A program made the position numbers and the translations under genes. From Candidatus Iainarchaeum sp. (GTDB lineage: Archaea > Iainarchaeota > Iainarchaeia > Iainarchaeales > CSSED10-239), in contig JAQVTI010000010.1 in the NCBI GenBank assembly GCA_028700115.1, forward strand, positions 1 through 32,000: DNA of 32,000 bases. The letters are read 5' to 3'. The notes beneath the pieces are model-generated. The model was given only the letters and a program-made list of their open reading frames with translations. It searched no databases and was not told the origin of the DNA. Positions 25,471 through 32,000 of the stretch are shown piece after piece (positions within the stretch are counted from its first letter, which is position 1; each line of letters opens with the position of its first letter).

Positions 25471-25794
25471 TTATTTTTTACAAAGATTAATTTTTTTAAT
25501 ATACCCACAAACAAGACAATTATAAATTTTATATTTATAAATTTTATTATTTTTTTTAAGATTTTTAAATCTAATTAAAGTATTTTCTGAATTTCTAATT
25601 GTCAAACAATTTTTACAAATTTTTGAATGAAATTCCTTAGATAAAGGTTTATTAATTTTTTTAGATAATTCAATTATTAAAGAAATATAATCATAAATAT
25701 ATGGATTTTTTAAATTAATATTTTTATTTTCTACTATTGCAAAATTAATTAAAAATTGTATATATTCATTAATTTTTAATTTATTATTACTCAT
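25471..25794 (-). CDS. Probable RNase P protein component 4 (Rpr2/Rpp21-like) zinc-ribbon protein
   Basis: YDYISLIIELSKKINKPLSKEFHSKICKNCLTIRNSENTLIRFK...YKIYNCLVCGYIKKINLC: helical N-term plus CxxC...CxxC in Rpp21-like arrangement. Confidence 0.6.
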   Translation of the reverse strand: MSNNKLKINEYIQFLINFAIVENKNINLKNPYIYDYISLIIELSKKINKPLSKEFHSKICKNCLTIRNSENTLIRFKNLKKNNKIYKYKIYNCLVCGYIKKINLCKK

Positions 25795-25809
25795 ACTTAA
25801 ACCTTAGTA

Positions 25810-25881
25810 TGCACTCGCCGGGATTCGAACCCGAGCCGAAAGCTTGGCAAGCTTCCATACTAACCACTATACTACGAGTGC
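25810..25881 (-). tRNA. tRNA-Gly(GCC)
   Basis: GCACTCG...GAAGC-TTGCCAA-GCTTT...CGGGTTCGAATCCCGG-CGAGTGC+A. Confidence 0.95.
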
Positions 25882-25947
25882 TATATTTTAATATGTATTA
25901 TATAATAAAATCTTTTTAAATTAAACCTTTTTATTATTTTAATATAA

Positions 25948-27723
25948 TTAAGAATTATTTTTATAACTTGTAATAAATAAAATTAATAAACAAATAAAAA
26001 TTAAACTTAAAACATACATAAAAATTTTAAAATAAGAAACATCTTTACTATAATCTTTTACAACTTCTTGCCAAATATCAACATATTCCTCTTCTGTATC
26101 AATTATATTGTTTAAAGAATTATTTACATCTATATTTAATTTATTGTCTAAAATAATTTCATTTTTAAAAATTTTAATTGTATTTAAATAATCATAATCT
26201 CTTGTAATTTCTAAAAATAAACTATTTATATCTTCTGATATAGTTTTTATAATTTTTTTAGATTCACCAGAATAAATGGTAATATTTTCAATATTTTCTT
26301 TATTATTATAAAAAAAATTAATATCTATATTTTTATTTACATCAGTATAATTAAATGTATCAATATCTATTTGTAAAAAACCATCTTTAAAATGAAATAA
26401 AGGATCATATACAAAAAATGCTTCTCTAAAAATTCCTTTGTCTTTATATATTTCTACAAATGAATTTTCATCTTTTAATTGAGTAGAAACTATAAAATTA
26501 TAATACATTGGAAAAGAAACTTCTGGAAGTATATAAAAAAAAGATAATTCTTTTTCTTCAAATGGATCTAAATATATAATAAGATTATTTTCTTTAGGAT
26601 ATATTAATTGAAATTGATTATGTGTATTTATTTGTATTAAAGTAATTAAAGGATTAATAGATGTATTTTTAATGAATGCCTTTATTTCAAAAGCACTTTT
26701 TTCTTTCATTGTTTTTTCAGAAATAATATCTAAATCTAAAACATTTGAAAATCCTAAATCTTGAAAATTATTTTGAGAATTTATCTTAAAATCAAAAATT
26801 CTTTCATGAAAATTTACAGATACGTTATTTGCAGTTGTAACTTTATCTTTAATATCTAAAGAATCTTTAGATACATTTAAAAGAATATGAGAGGCATCTA
26901 CTAATCCTACTTCTCCATAAGTTGGGTCAACTGGAATCCAACCTTGATTTGGGATATATACTTCAAGCCATGCATGTGCTTGCCATTCATAAGTACTATT
27001 AGAATAACCACTAACATATCTTACAGGAAAACCTCTTGCTCTAAGTAAAGATGCTGCTAAAACTGAAAATTCATCACAAACACCTTCCATTTCTTCTAAT
27101 ACTTTTATAGATTCATAGGTTTTTTCTGAATATTTTATATTATAAGTAATATTTTGATGAACCCAATTTGTATATTCTACAAGTTCTTTAAAAGCATTAT
27201 TTGATTTAGAAATTTGTTTAGATAAACTTATTATTTCTCCTCTATCTGATTGTATATTTAAAGAAGGTTCTTTATATTCAATAAATTCATTAATATCATT
27301 TTCTAAAGAATAAATATTATTTGTAAGAAGAAATTTATTTTCTGAAATTATATTTGCAAAAATTATAAATTCATAATAATTTTTATCAATAGAAGAAATC
27401 TCAAAAACAGCAATTAAATTACCAAATTCATCTTTTTCAATTTCTGCAAAATGTTTTTCTCCTTTTGAATCAAAATAATAATATTCTGATGAAACTATTT
27501 TTTGAAAAGAAGTATCATAAAAAACAGGAGTTTTAAAAATAAAATTATTATTAGAATTATAATTTTCAAAAGATACTGGAATTACAATATTTAAATCTAA
27601 ATCAATTTTTTTAGCTTTAATAACATCAAAGTTTAATTCTTCTAAATTTGCTTCAGCAATAATATTTATACTATTTAATAATAAAAAAATAATTAAAAAA
27701 ATTATAACAATATATTTTTTCAT
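25948..27723 (-). CDS. Secreted/membrane-anchored transglutaminase-like (papain-like) protein
   Basis: Signal peptide; MEGVCDEFSVLAASLLRARGFPVRYVSGYSNSTYEWQAHAWLEVYIPNQGWIPVDPTYGEVG carries the Cys, His, Asp triad contexts; C-terminal TM. Confidence 0.85.
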   Translation of the reverse strand: MKKYIVIIFLIIFLLLNSINIIAEANLEELNFDVIKAKKIDLDLNIVIPVSFENYNSNNNFIFKTPVFYDTSFQKIVSSEYYYFDSKGEKHFAEIEKDEFGNLIAVFEISSIDKNYYEFIIFANIISENKFLLTNNIYSLENDINEFIEYKEPSLNIQSDRGEIISLSKQISKSNNAFKELVEYTNWVHQNITYNIKYSEKTYESIKVLEEMEGVCDEFSVLAASLLRARGFPVRYVSGYSNSTYEWQAHAWLEVYIPNQGWIPVDPTYGEVGLVDASHILLNVSKDSLDIKDKVTTANNVSVNFHERIFDFKINSQNNFQDLGFSNVLDLDIISEKTMKEKSAFEIKAFIKNTSINPLITLIQINTHNQFQLIYPKENNLIIYLDPFEEKELSFFYILPEVSFPMYYNFIVSTQLKDENSFVEIYKDKGIFREAFFVYDPLFHFKDGFLQIDIDTFNYTDVNKNIDINFFYNNKENIENITIYSGESKKIIKTISEDINSLFLEITRDYDYLNTIKIFKNEIILDNKLNIDVNNSLNNIIDTEEEYVDIWQEVVKDYSKDVSYFKIFMYVLSLIFICLLILFITSYKNNS

Positions 27724-27844
27724 AAAAACACCTATAAAATAAGATTCTTTAAAGATAATAAGGTTTATAAAATATATTATAAATTTAAAATATAATTAAA
27801 TTTAAAAATATAAAAATAACTAAATTAAAAAAAGTAGGAAAAAA

Positions 27845-27917
27845 TGATCCTAGGCAGAGTCGAACTGCCGATCTTCGCCTTGTAAGGGCGACATCATAAC
27901 CACTAGACCATAGGATC
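27845..27917 (-). tRNA. tRNA-Val(TAC)
   Basis: GATCCTA...CGCC-CTTACAA-GGCG...TAGGATC+A; anticodon TAC. Confidence 0.93.
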
Positions 27918-28161
27918 TTTTTAGAAATTAAGTTTTTAAAAATAGAATAACTACATTTCTATTTATATTTAAGAACAATAAAATATTTAAAGCTATTTAT
28001 ATTATGTAGTTTAAAAAAAATCAAAAAAATGTTTTAATTTAAATACATAAAATTAATTTTAAAATCTAAAATTAATAAAAAAATAAATTAAAAAAATAAA
28101 AAGATTTAAATACTCTATATCTAATAAATATTATATATTTTATATTTAAAGGTGATATTAA

Positions 28162-28620
28162 ATGACAAGTAGACTTTATATGACAAAACTAATTGGAGGT
28201 TTCCTTTTTATTTTTGGAATATTTTTTTTAATTCTTTCTATAACTAATTTATTTAATGATGTTGATTTTATAGAAGAATATAAAACATGTATAACAATTT
28301 CGGATTATAACCCAGAAATATTAGATTCATGTAAATATAATGCTTCAAATGGTCTAAAAATTGTAATTAGAGATAATCAAGTAGAATTAACACAGAGTCA
28401 ATATATTAAAATTTATGTAAGGGAAACAATAGCAGTTTTATTTTCCATACTTTTAATAATTATTGGTGATTTTGTTTATATTGGAACTAAAAAAAGAATA
28501 AATTATCATGAAGAATTAATAAGCAAAATTGAAGAAAAACCATTAATTAAACCATTAATTAAAAAAAAGAATAAAACCAAAAAAATTACAACTAAAAAAA
28601 ATATAAAAAAGAAGAAATAA
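28162..28620 (+). CDS. Hypothetical protein with two transmembrane segments
   Basis: LIGGFLFIFGIFFLILSITNLF and AVLFSILLIIIGDFVYIG; Lys-rich C-terminus; RBS-like aaaggtgat upstream. Confidence 0.6.
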   Translation: MTSRLYMTKLIGGFLFIFGIFFLILSITNLFNDVDFIEEYKTCITISDYNPEILDSCKYNASNGLKIVIRDNQVELTQSQYIKIYVRETIAVLFSILLIIIGDFVYIGTKKRINYHEELISKIEEKPLIKPLIKKKNKTKKITTKKNIKKKK

Positions 28621-28650
28621 TCTTCTTTTATTTTTTATTTTTAAAGAAAC

Positions 28651-30489
28651 TTATTTTTTAAGCTCATTATATGTAATTATTCCAATTTCTTTATGATCTT
28701 TTAATTTAGATTTTGGAGCAACTATAAAATAAACTTTATTATTAATTGCAGTTTTTAAAAGTTCTTCAGAAATATCTTGACCTGTAACTATTGCAAATAT
28801 TTTACTTTTAAAAGAATTAATTTTATTTATAATATCTTTATTTTTAGAATTACCAATTCTTCTAAGCTTTTCATTTAAAATTCTTGATTCTTCTTTTCCA
28901 TCAACATCTTCTAAAATTTTTAAAAAATTTTTTCTCATTTTATCAGTAATTTTTGGAATAATTATTTTTTCTTCTTTTATAGGTTCTTTAATTTCTTCTT
29001 TCTTAATAAATTCTTTTTTTTCAAATATATTTTTTGTCATAATATTCCCAGATTTATTAATATTTTTTAAAGAATTAATATTACTTGAAGAAACAGGTGG
29101 TTTTAAATTAGATTTTAAAAAAGATTGTTCTTTAGAAAAATTTGAAGAAATTTGATTTTCTAAAGATATTTTTTTAGGAAATTCAGATTTATTAGAAAGA
29201 TCTTTAAATTCTTTCACTGCATTTTCAACTTTATCTTTTAAAGTAAGTGGTTTTTTTGAAAATACATTTAAATTATTATTAATAATTTTATTATTTTCAA
29301 TAGGAGATTGTTTTAAATTATTATTAATAATTTTATTATTTTCAATAGGAGATTGTTTTAAATTATTATTAATAAATACAGAATCTGATTTTATATTTTC
29401 TGATCTATTAGTTAAAAAGTTTGGTTTATTATTAAATGTATTTCGTTTATTATTCATATTATTAAAAGAAGAATGTGAAAAATTATTTTTTGAAACATCA
29501 ATTCTTTCAACATTAGGAATATTTGAAAGCATATTTTCAAAATCATCTCCTGTTTTTATAGGTTCTTTAAATTTATTATATACTTTTTCATTTTGCTTAA
29601 CCTTATGTTCATGAGTAATTGAAAATTTAGTTTGTTTTACAAGACCTGGTTGTCTAGGAGTTATAGATGATTCTATTAAATTTGATTTAATTTTTCTTCT
29701 TAATGCTTGATTAATTTCTTTTTGTGTAAGTTCTTCAACTTCTTTTCCATCTGGAGCTCTAGCTATATAATCAACTCTAATTGCTTTTAAAAGTTGAGAT
29801 TGCTGTATTTCCCCCCCATGATCCCCATCTAAAAATAAAGTAACTTCTTTATTTTTACAAATATCTGATAAAGATTTTGGAATTCTAGCACCATTTGTTG
29901 AAATAACATTTGTAAATCCATATTTTAACATATTTATTACATCTGCTCTTCCTTCAACAACAATTAATTCTTTAGAAGCATCTATTGTTGGACCTGCTGG
30001 AAGTCTATCAGGACCATAATTCACAATTTCTCTTGTTTTAAATGTATCTGAAATTTCATCCATTAATTCTCTAGTATCTGGAATTTGATCTTGCATAAGT
30101 TTTCCAAGAAGAGAAATTGCTCTTTCTTTAATTTGTTTTCTTTTAAGTCCTCTAGTATCTTCAATTTGTTTAATAATAAAAGAAGTATCACAAGGACCAA
30201 CTTTATCAATAGATTCAATAGATGCACCAATTATTGCAGTTTCTACCATTGACAAACTACATGGAAGTTTTAAATTTCCTGAAGTTTTATTTCCTTGATG
30301 AGATAAAGTTATTTCAATTCTTCCAATTTTACCATTTTGTTGTAATTCTTTAATATCTAATTGAGAGCCTAAAAGTCCTTCAGATTGACCAAAAATAGCA
30401 CCAATTACATCTGGTCTTTCAACAAGACCATTTACTTCAAAATCTGCAACTATCATATATTTAATAGTTTCTAAATAAGTTTTACCCAT
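28651..30489 (-). CDS. dnaG: Archaeal DnaG-like primase/exosome-associated Toprim protein
   Basis: MGKTYLETIKYMIVADFEVNGLVERPDVIGAIFGQSEGLLG, GPDRLPAGPTIDASKELIVVEGRADVINMLKYGFTNVISTNG, VTLFLDGDHGGE: Toprim motifs. Confidence 0.93.
   Translation of the reverse strand: MGKTYLETIKYMIVADFEVNGLVERPDVIGAIFGQSEGLLGSQLDIKELQQNGKIGRIEITLSHQGNKTSGNLKLPCSLSMVETAIIGASIESIDKVGPCDTSFIIKQIEDTRGLKRKQIKERAISLLGKLMQDQIPDTRELMDEISDTFKTREIVNYGPDRLPAGPTIDASKELIVVEGRADVINMLKYGFTNVISTNGARIPKSLSDICKNKEVTLFLDGDHGGEIQQSQLLKAIRVDYIARAPDGKEVEELTQKEINQALRRKIKSNLIESSITPRQPGLVKQTKFSITHEHKVKQNEKVYNKFKEPIKTGDDFENMLSNIPNVERIDVSKNNFSHSSFNNMNNKRNTFNNKPNFLTNRSENIKSDSVFINNNLKQSPIENNKIINNNLKQSPIENNKIINNNLNVFSKKPLTLKDKVENAVKEFKDLSNKSEFPKKISLENQISSNFSKEQSFLKSNLKPPVSSSNINSLKNINKSGNIMTKNIFEKKEFIKKEEIKEPIKEEKIIIPKITDKMRKNFLKILEDVDGKEESRILNEKLRRIGNSKNKDIINKINSFKSKIFAIVTGQDISEELLKTAINNKVYFIVAPKSKLKDHKEIGIITYNELKK
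29270..29375. repeat. 45-bp in-frame tandem repeat in the dnaG linker (15 aa, NNNLKQSPIENNKII), about 2.3 copies
   Basis: aaattattattaataattttattattttcaataggagattgtttt at 29270, 29315 and partially at 29360. Confidence 0.9.
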
Positions 30490-30624
30490 AGATTATCACC
30501 AATAATTTATATTTGATAATCTCTAAAATCATTAATTAAAAAAGAAAAATAGATTTTTAAAAAGAATTTATATAAGTCATTTTAATTTTACTTATATATA
30601 ATATCTAAAAATAATTTAAATTAA

Positions 30625-30867
30625 CTAAATAATATCTATAACTCTAACTATCTTTGAATGTGATTTTTCTCCCTTAACTAATTCTATTTTATAGCCAAGG
30701 TCTTTAAAAAAACTAATTATTTCCTTGTTTGCCTTTCCTTTTAAAGGCTGTGAATGTATTTTAACTTTATATGTATCTTTTTCTAAAAAATCTATATCTT
30801 GTTTTTTAGAATTACATATTATTAAAAGATTTAATATCTGATCTTTTTTTAGTTTTTTTAAATTCAT
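30625..30867 (-). CDS. DUF167/YggU-family protein
   Basis: YKVKIHSQPLKGKANKEIISFFKDLGYKIELVKGEKSHSKIVRV: canonical DUF167 motif. Confidence 0.85.
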   Translation of the reverse strand: MNLKKLKKDQILNLLIICNSKKQDIDFLEKDTYKVKIHSQPLKGKANKEIISFFKDLGYKIELVKGEKSHSKIVRVIDII

Positions 30868-31097
30868 ATTTATAATCTTAAAGTAATAAAATTCAAATTA
30901 TTTTTAAAAGTAAATCTTTGTTTGAAAAAATAATAAATTCTCTTTAAATCTCTAAAAATCTTTTTTTCATCTAGAGATGATTTTTAGTTTTTGTAAAAGG
31001 TTTAAAAATTAAAACCTTCTATATTTTATAATTTATATAATTACTATAAATATTATAGAACAAAACATTTAAAAAACAAGATTTATATATTATATTT

Positions 31098-31373
31098 ATG
31101 AGTCCTAAATTTTATGCAACAAAATTTACAAAAAAAATAATGAAAGATACTCTAAAAGATCTAAAAAAAGAAGTTACTAATTTTAGAATACATATAAAAA
31201 ATCCTTCTAAAAAAGAAATTTTAGAACAAAATTTATTAATAAAAATTAAAAATATACTAACTTTATATGAAGAAATGAAAAAAACAGGCACACAATTAAA
31301 TGATGCGGATAAAAAAGCAATAGAAGGTTATAAAAAAATATATACAATATACAAAGAAATATTAAATAAATAG
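31098..31373 (+). CDS. Hypothetical small helical protein, probably cotranscribed with hjc
   Basis: 91-aa ORF MSPKFYATKFTKKIMKDTLKDLKKEV..., 8 nt upstream of the next gene. Confidence 0.55.
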   Translation: MSPKFYATKFTKKIMKDTLKDLKKEVTNFRIHIKNPSKKEILEQNLLIKIKNILTLYEEMKKTGTQLNDADKKAIEGYKKIYTIYKEILNK

Positions 31374-31381
31374 GGTAAGTT

Positions 31382-31774
31382 ATGAAAAATAAAACAAAAG
31401 GTTCTAATGCAGAAAGAGAACTTTTATTAAAACTTTATAAAAACGGTTTTGCTGTTTCTAGAGTTGCAGGTTCAGGTTCATCTACACTTCCTACCCCAGA
31501 TATAATTGCTGTTAAAAATAAAAAGGGCTTTGCAATTGAATGTAAAACTAAATCTGGAGAATATTTAAATATAAAAGAAACACAGATAAAAGAACTTGAA
31601 ATTTGGGAAAATTTATCTGGTTTTAAATCATATATTGCTTGGAGACTTGGAAAAGAAAATTGGTATTTTTTATATTATAAAAAAATGAACAAAACAAAAA
31701 TAGCATATTCTATAAAAAAATCAGAAATTATAGAAAAAGGAATAAATTTTTCTAATTTTATAAAATCTTTATAA
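31382..31774 (+). CDS. hjc: Archaeal Holliday junction resolvase Hjc
   Basis: KGSNAERELLLKLYKNGFAVSRVAGSGSSTLPTPDIIAVKNKKGFAIECKTKSGEYLNI. Confidence 0.93.
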   Translation: MKNKTKGSNAERELLLKLYKNGFAVSRVAGSGSSTLPTPDIIAVKNKKGFAIECKTKSGEYLNIKETQIKELEIWENLSGFKSYIAWRLGKENWYFLYYKKMNKTKIAYSIKKSEIIEKGINFSNFIKSL

Positions 31775-31856
31775 TTTAATTTTGTATTATAAAAATCTAT
31801 TTATAAACATATTTATGCATAAATATAATATAGATAAAAGGAAATAAAAGATTAAT

Positions 31857-31988
31857 ATGTATATGGAACTAGAAGAAATAATAAATGCTCTAAAAAGACA
31901 TGCTGATAAAGAAAAAGGGTTAAAAAATAGAATTCTTTATGAACAAGCTTTAAAATCATTAACTGAATTAAAAAATAGAAAAGAATAA
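31857..31988 (+). CDS. Small 43-aa ORF, hypothetical
   Basis: MYMELEEIINALKRHADKEKGLKNRILYEQALKSLTELKNRKE*; helical, TATA-like sequence (tttatgcataaatataata) upstream. Confidence 0.4.
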   Translation: MYMELEEIINALKRHADKEKGLKNRILYEQALKSLTELKNRKE

Positions 31989-32000
31989 TTTATATCTAAT

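Noticed and set aside
27951-28160. Possible repeat/ncRNA in the very AT-rich intergenic region
   Set aside because: Only low-complexity A/T runs; no convincing stem, box C/D or periodic structure.

Overview
The window reads as a chromosomal segment of a low-GC, small-genome archaeon, probably DPANN (Woesearchaeota/Pacearchaeota/Nanoarchaeota-like). That lineage call is an inference from gene content and needs checking. Most of it is housekeeping: a conserved archaeal cluster (S19e, L39e, L31e, aIF6, prefoldin alpha, FtsY, SRP54), AspRS, TGT, DnaG, Hjc, a probable RNase P Rpp21-type subunit, and five tRNAs. Accessory content: (i) a tyrosine-recombinase ORF running off the left edge and overlapping tRNA-Thr(GGT), suggesting an integrated-element boundary; (ii) three consecutive genes for pilin-like or membrane-anchored surface proteins (DUF2341/LamG and chitobiase-C-like/LamG), with a prepilin peptidase elsewhere in the window; (iii) a ~0.7 kb toxin-antitoxin-like cassette bounded by ~60-bp direct repeats just upstream of radC, whose RelE-like toxin has two in-frame TAG codons; (iv) a 328-aa protein with mTERF-like helical repeats; (v) a tRNA-Ser with anticodon AGA (A34), very rare in archaea; (vi) bacterial-looking AspRS (apparently lacking the GAD insertion), TGT and RadC; (vii) two genes broken by apparent 1-nt homopolymer frameshifts near the left edge. 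I find no CRISPR array and no obvious complete defence system. The TA/direct-repeat module, the tRNA-embedded integrase and the mTERF-like protein are the best leads. All assignments come from reading the sequence without database searches.
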